Assembly: GCA_965214755.1 (NCBI GenBank)
Contig: OZ243979.1
Span: forward strand, 344,350 to 408,349
DNA length: 64,000 bases
DNA from: an uncultured Candidatus Binatia bacterium
Lineage (GTDB): Bacteria > Desulfobacterota > Binatia > Bin18
Reading direction: 5' to 3'
The translations under genes and the position numbers were made by a program. The notes below the pieces were generated by a model. The model searched no databases and was not told the DNA's origin. It saw only the letters and a program-made list of their open reading frames with translations. Below are positions 9,322 to 19,553 of the stretch, piece after piece (position 1 is the first letter of the stretch; each line of letters opens with the position of its first letter).

Positions 9322-12300
9322 ATGCAGAGCGACTATACACAAATAACGAAGTACAATGAGCGCCAATTGGGACAGGATACCGCGTCTCGAAAGACGCAAA
9401 TTTCTATGTACTCCGACCCGACCCACTTTGTCTATGAAATCCTACAGAACGCGGATGACTCTGGAGCAACAGAAGTAGTCTGCAAACTCTCGAAGAACGA
9501 GCTTCAGATTGAACACGATGGAGAGCCTTTTACCGAGGAGAACGTTAAAGCAATTACTTCCTTTGGCAAAAGTACAAGCCGTGACGATCTCGTCAAGACG
9601 GGACGTTTCGGCGTTGGTTTCAAGTCCGTCTTCGCCTTCACAGCAACACCAATAATCATTTCAGGCGACGAGCATTTTCAGATATACGGTTTGTACCGAG
9701 TCAAAGAGCATCCCTATCCAGATAATTTTTCACGTTCCCGTACTCGCATCGTTCTCCCGTTTAACCACGAATCCGAACAGCCGGATTATGTAGAAGACTT
9801 GATGTCGCAGGAAGAAGCCTACTCGAAGATTTCGACCTGCCTGACGACGCTAAATATGAATACCTTGCTATTTACGCGAAGACGCCATAAACGATAACGC
9901 CAGACTGACCACGATTACCGACGGAGAGCGGTTGAAGAAGTATCTTGTGTTTTCGCGGATTCCGCGGCGAGAGAATCAGGAATATAAAGCGGTAGAGATC
10001 GTCTTTGGCATTGATGCGAAAGAGCAAATCACGGCATCAGACGACTTCCTCTATGTCCTATTCGCTACAAAACAGGAGACTCGTTTACAGTTCATACTTA
10101 ATGGCCCCTACCGAACAAACCCGTCACGAGAGACAATTTCGGAAGATGACCCTTTCAACCTATATCTCATCAAGGAAACGTGTGAGTTGATGAGGGAGGT
10201 GCTTCTACAACTCCGAGAAAAGAAACTTCTGACGACCCAATTTCTGTCCGTACTCCCAAACAGAGACGATAATCTAAAAGATTTCTACGTACCCCTCTTT
10301 GAGACCATAGTCGAGACCTTTCACGACCGGGAATTAGTTCCGACAGACGATAATCGGTACGCATCGGCGGCCAATGTACTCCAAGGTCCGGCGCCAATCC
10401 GCGAAGTCGTCACAAAGGAGGAGTTGTCGTTTTTTATTGGTCGCCCTGGAGTCTGTTGGGCGAAAGGAGCTTGGCAGAACCCCCGTACCGCTGCCTTCCT
10501 TCGTTGTCTGGGTATTGAGCAGTGGGGCTGGGAGGAACTCCAGACAACGTTGTTGGACAAGTATGGTCGGAACTACTCACTGAATGACGAGGCTGACGCT
10601 TGGCTAGCCGCACGTGGCGATGCCTGGCTGCAAAAGTTGTATCTTCTTCTTGCTGATGCAATCAGAAGGGCCGAGTGTTCGGAATGGACGCTGAGGCGCT
10701 TGAGGCGCTGTCGTATCATACGAGTGCTCGAAGACGGCAGACAGAATCACGTCGCAGGTTCTGAGGCGTACTTTTCGAAACCGGGCTACGGAAAACTTCC
10801 TCGTATTAAGTCTGCCATCTTGAAAGGCAAGAATCAGCAAGAGAAGCAGAAAATACATGAAAGCCTTATCGCCTTGGGCGTTTCTAAAATAGGCGAAGAA
10901 AAACGAATAGATTCATTATTAGAGACTTTCTACAGTGATGAATCGGGTCCAGTGGTGTCAACTCAGCAACACTTACAGCACCTAAGGACTTTTATTAAAT
11001 GGTGGAAGAAAGAAAAAGATGCGAGCAAGTTTGAGAACTATGCCATTTTCTATACCAATGGGAAAAAAGAGCTGCGGCAGCCAAGCAAGTGTTTTCTTGA
11101 CTCGCCCCTCAGAAAATCCGGTCTGAGTGCTATCTATTCGCAAGACACTTCCGGCATCCCACGAAAACTCAAGCTGTGGAATGATTATCGAAGGATCGTT
11201 GGTGAAGGATTTTGCGACTTTGCCATTGCGTGTGGTGTTGTTGACCAGCTTCCTATTAAGCGCCAGTCCTGCCGGTCCCATGCTATGTGGTATGGGAGGA
11301 TAGAAGTATGGGGAGCACGTGAAACAGGGATGGGAAGAAATGAAGATTATTATATTCCAGACTTGAATAAACTTCTGAAGCCTCGGAGGCATGAGATCAA
11401 TTTGCTCATCTGGAACACTGTCAGCAAATCTGACCCTAAAGTATTTGAAGCGGTCTACAGCCCCAATAGACAGTACGAACGACGTAACGGACTACGTAGC
11501 CAAAAATCCTCTCTGATTTTAGGCCTGACTGACATTGAATGGATACCGGACAAAAAGGGGCGGTTCCACAAGCCAGGTGATCTGACAAAAGAACAGCTTC
11601 ACCGGGACTTCAAGTATGACAACCGTAACAGCTGGTTGGATGAAATCGATTTTGGAGAGAAAGCGAAGAAGGCAAGCGAGGAATACAAAAAGCGTAAGGA
11701 AAGCGCTTCTTCCCTCAGCGTTCCGGTTGCATGGGTCGAGTACATTTCCGCGTTATCTGAGGAGGAACGGGGAAAAGAGTCCAAAAAGCTAGAGGATTAC
11801 GTCAATCGTCAGAATGTTGAGCGTAAGCGTGCTCAACGTATGCAGCAAGAGAGCCTTCCTTACAACAAAGCCCTATCTGAAGCTTTCTCAGCACCCGGTA
11901 GGGATATATCTAGTAACGGTGGAGGAAGTAGAGGAAATGGAGGTTTGTCCCCAAATCCCTCACGCCGCCGAGAGAAAACTCAAGAAGACCTCGCCATCGC
12001 AATCGAAAACGAAGGTAAGAGTGAAGAACAGTTCTCCTTCACTCTTCGCAAGAAATGGAAAGGTAAAAACGACCAAGTTCGGATAAGCCTTGCCGAATGG
12101 TACGGCGGTCGGTGTCAGATTTGTGAGAAGACCTTTAAGCAGCGAAGCGGAGAGCCTTACTTTGAAGGTTTGTATCTCGTGTCTCGCACAACCGCTCAAT
12201 GGCGGGACCGAGTGGGCAATGTTCTCTGCCTTTGCGCTGAGCACAGTGCAATGTTTCAGTTCGGTCCGAGAGAAGTTGAAGAAGACATTATCCAGCAAGT

Positions 12301-12481
12301 AATGCGGCTTAAAGTAGAGGCAGAAGGTGGCGACAGCCCTCCCATGATTCGGATGAAGCTATGTGGAGAGCCAGTTGAAATTGAATTTGTAGAGAAGCAC
12401 CTGATTGATCTACAGGAAATGATTAAGAAGTCTCAGGAGTTGGAGTTAGAACCATCTACTTCAGCAGTTGAAACAGGGTGA
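9322..12481 (+). pseudogene. sacsin-like GHKL ATPase with C-terminal HNH-like nuclease, split by a frameshift near 9875
   Basis: 5' ORF: YEILQNADD, HDGEPF, GRFGVGFKSVF (GHKL boxes). 3' ORF (frame open from ~9860): FILNGPYRTNPSRE, then CQIC...GNVLCLCAEH (HNH-like). Confidence 0.8.
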
Positions 12482-12733
12482 ACACCGCTCCAGCCGTGGT
12501 GGCGCTCAATGCGGCGATAATGACCATCGCTCCGTTTAACAAACGCGCGTTGAGGGTGTCGAACTTGTCGGTCATTTCCTTGGTCAGGCGCAACTCGAAA
12601 TCTTTCAGGTCGGCCTTTGTGGCGGTATGTTCGTTGACTGCTTCGCCGACCGCTTCAAGGACGGCTGCTGCCTGGGCTTCACTGAACCCGGCTTGGCGAG
12701 CTTGATACCAGTATCCGATTTGTCGAAACCCAC
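12456..12733 (-). pseudogene. DUF1640/CCDC90-like coiled-coil membrane-anchored protein, frameshifted
   Basis: VGFDKSDTGIKL in one frame, QAGFSEAQAAAV...ATKADL...TM helix in the next. One base missing near 12698. Confidence 0.65.
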
Positions 12734-12866
12734 CGACGGGATTTGAAAACGATTCTGCAAAACTACGACGAGAGGTCGGCATAGGATTTTGCCGTGCTCT
12801 GAAAAGGCATCACTCAACGAAGCGACGGTTGCGATAATTCCTTCCAAACGCAAGGAGAAAATTCCC

Positions 12867-13136
12867 ATGCCCTATACCAAGTACACGCCTCAAGAAGTCG
12901 AATCACGAGGTGAGGCAACATATGCGCAACAGATTCGGGACAAGGTGGACCCTAAGCACAAAGGCAAGTTCTTAGTCCTCGACATTGAAACGGGTGATTA
13001 CGAAATTGACGCGGACGATTTGGTCGCAACGCAGCATCTCCTAACCACTCATCCCACTGCGGTCATTTATGGTTTGCGCATTGGTTTTCCAACTGCCTAT
13101 CGTATCGGTGGTGGCTTCTCGGTGGAAACACCATGA
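12867..13136 (+). CDS. small hypothetical protein (DUF5678-like) paired with an aspartyl protease
   Basis: AAGGAG RBS. HKGKFLVLDIETGDYEID...RIG pattern. ATGA overlap with the next gene. Confidence 0.7.
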   Translation: MPYTKYTPQEVESRGEATYAQQIRDKVDPKHKGKFLVLDIETGDYEIDADDLVATQHLLTTHPTAVIYGLRIGFPTAYRIGGGFSVETP

Positions 13137-13503
13137 TGATTGGACAGATTACGGCTAACCGAGAAGCTGTCATAGAATTGGAAGTTGTTGGCTCAGAGCA
13201 GAGAAAAGAAAAAGTTGAGGCAGTTATTGATACGGGCTTCAATGGCTATCTGACCCTGCCGGGTGATATGGTCAGCCGTCTCAAACTTCAACTGGCGGGG
13301 AATCGGCGGGCCATCCTTGGTGATGGGAACACCGTGGTGCTGGATGTGTATCTTCCAAGATGGTATGGCATAGCGACGAACGCGAAGTACTTGTTTTGCA
13401 AACAGGAGGCGGCTCGCTGATCGGCATGTCCTTACTCTATGGAAATCGCGTGACGCTAACGATTGTAAATGGCGGTGACGTAAAGATAGACCCTCTTCCG
13501 TAA
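13133..13503 (+). pseudogene. clan AA (retropepsin-like) aspartic protease, frameshifted near 13355
   Basis: AVIDTGFNGYLTLP active site. Shifted frame resumes KMVWHSDEREVLVLQTGGGSLIGMSLL...DPLP* (stop 13501-13503). Confidence 0.82.
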
Positions 13504-13508
13504 ACCTC

Positions 13509-13703
13509 TCATAAACGATTCCCCGGCGGGAGTTCCCGGTTCTGCTGTTGATAGGCTAAGACCATTTCATGCAGGGCATATTTGAGCATGCGTCGGCATT
13601 CTTCCAGGTCCCTGCCCTCGGTCACGATCTCCGGCTATTCGGTGACTTGCCCCATATAGCCTGCACCAATCCTGGTATAGGTAGCGGTATAATTGCGCGA
13701 CAT
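13509..13703 (-). pseudogene. HicB-family antitoxin with an internal stop
   Basis: AAGGAGG RBS. MSRNYTATYTRIGAGYMGQVTE*PEIVTEGRDLEECRRMLKYAL, TAG at 13635-13637. Absent from the ORF track. Confidence 0.78.
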
Positions 13704-13729
13704 ATTGCCTCCTTAGTGTACGCTTTCCA

Positions 13730-15415
13730 TCAATTGTTGTTCGGCTGGGTCACCGCGCCCTCGGAGGCGGAGGTGACCTGGGCCGCATACTTGGCGAACA
13801 CGCCGGAGGTGTAACGCGGGGCCGGTGGTTGCCAGTCGGCCAGCCGGGTTTGTATCTCGGCTGCGCTTAACTCAACGTTGAGTTGGCGATTTTCAATATC
13901 GATCACTACCAGGTCACCCTCCCGGAGAATGGCAATCGGACCGCCAACCGCGGCTTCCGGCGCAATATGACCGGCCATGAGGCCGCGCGTCGCTCCGCTG
14001 AAACGTCCATCCGTGATGAGGGACACGGAGTCACCAAGTCCTTCACCCACGATGGCTGCGGTCACGCCTAACATCTCTCGCATACCCGGCCCGCCCCTCG
14101 GGCCTTCATAGCGAATGACCACGACATCGCCGGCTTTGATGTGACGCTGCGTGACCGCGGCCATGGCGTCTTCCTCACACTCGAAGAGACGCGCCGGCCC
14201 GCGGTGATACGGACGCTCATGCCCGGCGACCTTGATGACACAGCCGTCAGGTGCCAAGTTCCCCCGCAGAATGACCAGCCCGCCGGTGTCTTTGAGGGGC
14301 TGGGCCAGCGGTAGAATGACATCCTGGTCCGGTGTTTCAACGGCTTTTGCGGCCTCGACCGCAAGGGTTTCTCCGCTGGCGTTCAGTTGCTCGCCGTCAA
14401 CGAGTCCGCCGTCAACCAGGCGCTGAGCAATCAGCTGGATGCCACCGGCTTTATCCACATCGGTGGCCACATATTTTCCGCCGGGTTTGAGGTCGGCTAT
14501 GAGCGGGGTACGGCGACTGACCGTATCGAAGTCGTCAATAGCGAGCGGAATCCCGGCTTCCCGCGCCATTGCCAGTAAATGCAGCACTGCGTTGGTTGAC
14601 CCGCCGGTTGCGGCCACACAGGCAATGGCGTTCTCAAATGCCTGGCGGGTCAAGATGTCCAGCGGTCGGATATTTCTGTTGAGCAGGTCCATGACGCGCT
14701 GCCCGCACCGGACCGCGACCGCGTCTTTGCGCCTGTCCGTTGCCGGGACACTGGCCGTGCCCATGGGGGACAGGCCGATGAATTCCATGACGGTCGCCAT
14801 GGTGTTGGCGGTATACTGTCCGCCACAGGCCCCGGCCCCCGGACAGGCGAAGTCTTCGATACGTTTGAGGTCGGTGTCGTTCATGCGTCCCGCGGCGTTG
14901 GCCCCAATAGCCTCGAACACGTCCTGAATGGTCACGTCTCTGTCCTGAAAGCGACCGGGTGCGATCGAGCCGCCGTACAACAACAGACCTGGAACATTGA
15001 GGCGAGTCAGGGCGAGCGCCCCGGCGGGAATGGTCTTGTCGCACCCCACGATAATGACCATGGCGTCAAACAAATAGCCCCGACCGACCAGTTCAATCGA
15101 GTCGGCAATGACTTCACGGCTGACCAGGGAGGCCTTCATGCCTACCGTCCCCATGGTGACGGCATCGCTGATGGAGATGGTATTGATTTCCATGGGTGTG
15201 CCGCCGGCCTCCCGCACGCCCTGCTTGACCTTGTCGGCCAGCCGGCGCTGATTGAAGTTGCACGGCATGGTCTCAATCCAGGTATGCGCCACGCCGACCA
15301 GCGGCTTGGCCAGATCGTCATCCGTAAAGCCGATAGCCTTGAACATGGAGCGCGCCCCGGCGCGGTCACGGCCTTCGGTAATGATGTGACTGGAGTGTTT
15401 GGGATTAAACGCCAT
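13730..15415 (-). CDS. ilvD: dihydroxy-acid dehydratase
   Basis: PCN, GCDKT, GACGGQYTANTM, GGSTN, YEGPRGGPGMREML, ITDGRFSGA. Confidence 0.97.
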   Translation of the reverse strand: MAFNPKHSSHIITEGRDRAGARSMFKAIGFTDDDLAKPLVGVAHTWIETMPCNFNQRRLADKVKQGVREAGGTPMEINTISISDAVTMGTVGMKASLVSREVIADSIELVGRGYLFDAMVIIVGCDKTIPAGALALTRLNVPGLLLYGGSIAPGRFQDRDVTIQDVFEAIGANAAGRMNDTDLKRIEDFACPGAGACGGQYTANTMATVMEFIGLSPMGTASVPATDRRKDAVAVRCGQRVMDLLNRNIRPLDILTRQAFENAIACVAATGGSTNAVLHLLAMAREAGIPLAIDDFDTVSRRTPLIADLKPGGKYVATDVDKAGGIQLIAQRLVDGGLVDGEQLNASGETLAVEAAKAVETPDQDVILPLAQPLKDTGGLVILRGNLAPDGCVIKVAGHERPYHRGPARLFECEEDAMAAVTQRHIKAGDVVVIRYEGPRGGPGMREMLGVTAAIVGEGLGDSVSLITDGRFSGATRGLMAGHIAPEAAVGGPIAILREGDLVVIDIENRQLNVELSAAEIQTRLADWQPPAPRYTSGVFAKYAAQVTSASEGAVTQPNNN

Positions 15416-15575
15416 AGTCCCCTCCTTAGTGGTAAAGAAATAGTGGCAATGCAAGTATATTCCCTTCCTGCTCTATAGTCTTGTCGGACGACTCAGTGCA
15501 AGCCTTTGCCCTTGACAGGCGGAAGTCTATGGACTGAACTGATGACCGTATCAACGTCAAAGAAAAGGGGAGAAT

Positions 15576-16406
15576 ATGCTTGAAACCATTGCCTCCGGGT
15601 ATGGACTGCTTGAAGGCCCGCGCGTGGATGACGCGGACAATCTCTACTTCAGCGATGTGACCAATGGCGGGGTGTACTGCCGCGCGCCAGGCGGGGAGAT
15701 CTCGACCGTTGTGCCACGCCGGCGCGGAGTCGGTGGTATCGCCCTGCATGCGGCTGGTGGCTTGGTCATCTCCGGTAAGAACGTGAGCCACGTCAAGGAC
15801 GGCACAACGCGTATCTTGTTCCAGCGCGACGATATTCCCGGCTTTAACGATCTCTTCACGGATTCTCAGGGCCGGGTCCTAGTCGGCTCGTTACGCTCCG
15901 ACCCCTTCAAGCTCAAGGTTCAGGTCCCTGGTGAGTTGTGGCGGCTGGCAGGTGAGGACTCGGCGGTCGAACTGTACGGCGACGTCGGTATCACTAACGG
16001 CATCGGGTTCTCGCCGGACGGGGGCAAGCTCTACCACTCGGACAGCGTGCCCCGTCATATTATCCTGCACGATGTTTCGGCTGACGGGTCGATGACGAAC
16101 CGCCGCGTTCTGGCCAGTCTGCCCGTCGACTGGGTGCCTGACGGTCTGGCGGTCGATGAGGACGGCTGTGTGTGGGTGGCGGTCTATGGCGGTGGCTGCG
16201 CCCTGCGTTACACGCCCGCGGGCAAGGAGGAGCGGAAGGTTGAGGTGCCGGCCAAGGCGGTCACGAGTTTATGTTTTGGCGGGGCGGACCGGCGCGACCT
16301 GTATATTGTGACGGCGGATAACACCGAAGAGCCGGACCGCAAGGGAACGATTTTCCGCACCCGGGTGGATACCCCCGGTCTGGCGGTCACGCCGGCGAGT
16401 ATCTAG
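15576..16406 (+). CDS. SMP-30/gluconolactonase/LRE family protein
   Basis: EGP, FND, NGIGFSPDG, PDGLAVD, TSLCFGG. Confidence 0.93.
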   Translation: MLETIASGYGLLEGPRVDDADNLYFSDVTNGGVYCRAPGGEISTVVPRRRGVGGIALHAAGGLVISGKNVSHVKDGTTRILFQRDDIPGFNDLFTDSQGRVLVGSLRSDPFKLKVQVPGELWRLAGEDSAVELYGDVGITNGIGFSPDGGKLYHSDSVPRHIILHDVSADGSMTNRRVLASLPVDWVPDGLAVDEDGCVWVAVYGGGCALRYTPAGKEERKVEVPAKAVTSLCFGGADRRDLYIVTADNTEEPDRKGTIFRTRVDTPGLAVTPASI

Positions 16407-16437
16407 CACGTAGGGTAGGGGCCTCAGGTAACCGACT

Positions 16438-17613
16438 TCACTCGACCTTCATAATACGGTCCAAGAGCCGCTCTCGGATTGCCGCGTCTGTCGCCAGATC
16501 AACCGCGGTCCAGGCCAGTGACAGGGCTCCGTCAATAATGGCTTTGTCCGCGGCCTCGGTTACGCAGTGGGCGGTAAACTCGGGCTGGTGGTTGACGGCC
16601 GGCAGCGAATCAATACCAATGGCGGGGTGAATGGCGGGCATGGCAAGAGAGACGTTCCCCATGTCCGTTGAGCCCGCCGCGCGTTTGAGAGACGCATCAA
16701 GGGTTGGAAAAACCCGTCCCAGCGCTTCGGCATTCTGACGATAGGCCGCGGCTATATCCGGGTCGTGCAGCATCTCCGCATATGGTTTTTCGCCGCCGTG
16801 GATTTCGAGCTTGGAGCCGGTTGCCAGCGCCCCGGCTTCAAAGCACCTGACGACTTTGTGTTTGATCGCATCGAGGTCCGCCAGGGTGCTCGCCCGGACA
16901 ATATACTTCGCCACCGTATGGGCGGGGATGATGTTGGGCGCGTCCCCCCCCTTGGTAATCATGCCGTGAATCCGGTCCGTGGAGCGGATGTGTTGGCGGA
17001 GCAGGCCAATGGCTGTTTGGGCGACGGTCAGGGCATCCGCGGCATTAATGCCGCGTTCGGGAAAGGCCGAGGCGTGGGCTTCTTTGCCGTGGTAGCAGAC
17101 CTCAAACATGGAGGCAGCGATAATGGGGAATTCGACCACGTCCTTTGGCGCGGGATGGACCATCATGGCCGCGTGCATGCCCTCAAACGCGCCGCGTTCG
17201 AGCAGGAGAATTTTTCCCCCGGCATCACACACTTCTTCTGCCGGGGTGCCGATCACGCTTACGGTCAGACCCACCTCATCCGCTATCTTTGCCGCGGCAA
17301 TCCCGGCCCCAACCGAGGCCGCGGCAATAATATTGTGACCGCAGGCATGGCCGATCCCAGGCAGGCTGTCGTATTCCGCACAGAGGCCGATATGTAGCGG
17401 TCCGCTTCCGGCTCGGGCGATGAACGCGGTCGGTAGATCGCAGATGCCCGTTTCAACCGAGAAGTCCGCATCGGCCAGCGTTTCCGACAGCCAGTGAGCG
17501 GCCTGCTCTTCTTCAAATCCAAGCTCGGGATGAGCGTGAATCCGGTGACTCAGGGCAATGAGATCGTCTCGCGCCCGGTCAAAGCGTTCGTGGGCTCCGG
17601 CCTTGGCATCCAT
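16438..17613 (-). CDS. M20 family amidohydrolase (ACY1L2/AbgB-like), paralog 1
   Basis: HPELGFEE, AEYDSLPGIGHACGHN, GTPAEE, GSTDMGNVS. Confidence 0.93.
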   Translation of the reverse strand: MDAKAGAHERFDRARDDLIALSHRIHAHPELGFEEEQAAHWLSETLADADFSVETGICDLPTAFIARAGSGPLHIGLCAEYDSLPGIGHACGHNIIAAASVGAGIAAAKIADEVGLTVSVIGTPAEEVCDAGGKILLLERGAFEGMHAAMMVHPAPKDVVEFPIIAASMFEVCYHGKEAHASAFPERGINAADALTVAQTAIGLLRQHIRSTDRIHGMITKGGDAPNIIPAHTVAKYIVRASTLADLDAIKHKVVRCFEAGALATGSKLEIHGGEKPYAEMLHDPDIAAAYRQNAEALGRVFPTLDASLKRAAGSTDMGNVSLAMPAIHPAIGIDSLPAVNHQPEFTAHCVTEAADKAIIDGALSLAWTAVDLATDAAIRERLLDRIMKVE

Positions 17614-17754
17614 AGCTGCTCCTTTTTCTCTTCCTGCCTTACCACACCTCCTTCTTCGGCGTCCAGAACAAAATATCCTTCCAAATTGACAAAAGAACGT
17701 GGTACATGAAGGCAAGGTGTCTGTGAGAGCGAGAAAGAAGAAGGAGGATTGCGT

Positions 17755-18147
17755 ATGGATACCGTCTGGTGTGGACAGCTCGCTGTTTCGGTCTTTTTTG
17801 CCATTGCTTTTTTACAATCAGCGGCCGACAAGTGGTTTGATAGCGCGGGGAATATCGAGTTTTTCAGCGGGCACTTTTCTAATAGTCCGCTGGCCAGCAT
17901 GGTCCCGGCGATGTTCTGGACCATCACGGTCCTCGAATCACTGGCCGGCGTGTTGAGCGGCCTTGGCGCGCTGATGATCCTGCTCGGTATGGGGACGAGC
18001 CTGGCCGTATGGGGACTGGTGTTCTCAACCGTCTCGTTGCTGTGCCTGTTCTTCGGCCAACGCCTGGCCCAAGATTATGCCGGCGCGGCAGTGATCGCTG
18101 CCTACTTTGCCGTGGCGCTGCTGGGCTTTGCCATCCTGGGCGGATAA
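17755..18147 (+). CDS. DoxX-like membrane protein
   Basis: Four hydrophobic helices, FLQSAADK, FFGQRLAQDYAGAA. AAGGAGG RBS. Confidence 0.8.
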   Translation: MDTVWCGQLAVSVFFAIAFLQSAADKWFDSAGNIEFFSGHFSNSPLASMVPAMFWTITVLESLAGVLSGLGALMILLGMGTSLAVWGLVFSTVSLLCLFFGQRLAQDYAGAAVIAAYFAVALLGFAILGG

Positions 18148-18151
18148 GGCC

Positions 18152-19333
18152 CTAGGCGTTCGTTCCGGAGGCTTTCCGCTGTATCAGTCGGTCGCGTATC
18201 CGCTCGTCTGTCGCCAGATCAATAGCCGTCCAGGCCATGGAGAGGGCGCCGTCTATCAGGGCTTTGTCCGCGGCCTGCGTCACGCAGTGTGCAGTGAATT
18301 CGGGTTGGTGGTTCACGGCAGGCAACGAGTCAATCCCGATAAACGGGTGGATTGAGGGGAGGGCCAAAGATACATTGCCCATATCCGTTGAACCCGCCGC
18401 GCGCTCAATTGCCGGACCACGCTCCGGAAATCTGCGCCCGAGCGCTTCCGCGTTGAGCTGATACAGATTTGCGATCTCCATATCGGAGCGGTGCTCCGCA
18501 TAGGGCTTGTCTCCGCCAACGATTTCGAGCCTTGCCCCGGTTGCCAGGGCGCCCGCTTCAAAGCAGCGCTGGACTTTTTCTTTGATGGGATCTAGCTCAT
18601 CCAAGGTCTTGGCCCGGACAATATATTTGGCCTCGGTCTGAGCGGGGATGATATTCGGGGCGTCCCCACCATGAGTAATAATACCGTGGACGCGGTCCGT
18701 TGAGCGAATGTGCTGCCGCAGCAGACCAATGGCCGTTTGGGCCACTGTCAAGGCGTCAGCCGCGTTGATACCGTGTTCGGGAAAGGCCGAGGCGTGGGCG
18801 GCCTTGCCCGTATAGCGCACGTGAAACATGGAGCAGGCGATGATGGAGGGATCAACCACATCCATGGGAGCCGGGTGGACCATCATGGCGACGTGAGCGT
18901 CGGTGAACGCATCACGTTCCAAGAGGAGAATCTTACCCCCAGCGTCCCCGGCTTCTTCGGCGGGGGTACCGAGAACACTCACGCTCAGACCTACCTCGTC
19001 CGCGACCTGAGCCGCGGCAATCCCCGCGCCCACCGCGGATGCGGCGATGATATTATGACCGCAGGCATGGCCGATGCCGGGCAAGCAGTCGTATTCGGCG
19101 CAGATGGTAATATGCAATGGTCCGCTGCCGGCGCGTGCCACAAACGCAGTTGGCAGGTCACAAATGCCGGTTTCTACGGCAAAGCCGGTGTTGCTGAGCG
19201 TTTCTGCAATCCAGGTGCAGGCTTTCTCTTCCTCAAAACCAAGCTCGGGATGGGCGTGAATACGATGACTCAGAGCAATCAGGTCATCTTGAGCTTGCGT
19301 GAATCGTTCCTGCGCGCCGGCCTTCGCATCCAT
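18152..19333 (-). CDS. M20 family amidohydrolase, paralog 2
   Basis: Same motifs as 16438-17613 and colinear with it. Both start MDAKAGA. Confidence 0.93.
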   Translation of the reverse strand: MDAKAGAQERFTQAQDDLIALSHRIHAHPELGFEEEKACTWIAETLSNTGFAVETGICDLPTAFVARAGSGPLHITICAEYDCLPGIGHACGHNIIAASAVGAGIAAAQVADEVGLSVSVLGTPAEEAGDAGGKILLLERDAFTDAHVAMMVHPAPMDVVDPSIIACSMFHVRYTGKAAHASAFPEHGINAADALTVAQTAIGLLRQHIRSTDRVHGIITHGGDAPNIIPAQTEAKYIVRAKTLDELDPIKEKVQRCFEAGALATGARLEIVGGDKPYAEHRSDMEIANLYQLNAEALGRRFPERGPAIERAAGSTDMGNVSLALPSIHPFIGIDSLPAVNHQPEFTAHCVTQAADKALIDGALSMAWTAIDLATDERIRDRLIQRKASGTNA

Positions 19334-19349
19334 GAGGTTCTCCTTATTT

Positions 19350-19513
19350 CCCTCTCCCCTGGAGAGAGGGCTGAGTTGAGGATTTGCTTCGCCCTAACAC
19401 ACCGGCGTAGCTGGCGTCCAGCGGGAGATGAAAATCGCTCTTGACTCCGTTACACTAGAGATGCCTGTCCGTCTCTGCGGAAGCCTCAATTTCCTCTCCC
19501 TTGGGGGAGAGGG
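19350..19513. repeat. two CCCTCTCCC...GAGAGGG palindromic REP-like units
   Basis: Units at 19350-19370 and 19493-19513. Another at 44668-44688. Confidence 0.65.
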
Positions 19514-19553
19514 CTAGGGGGAGGGGGCCGGCTCGAATATGAAAGGGGTATGA

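Noticed and set aside
4722-12481. Assignment to DISARM, BREX or Zorya
   Set aside because: The partner genes (DrmA/B, methylase, PglZ, ZorA/B) are absent from the window.
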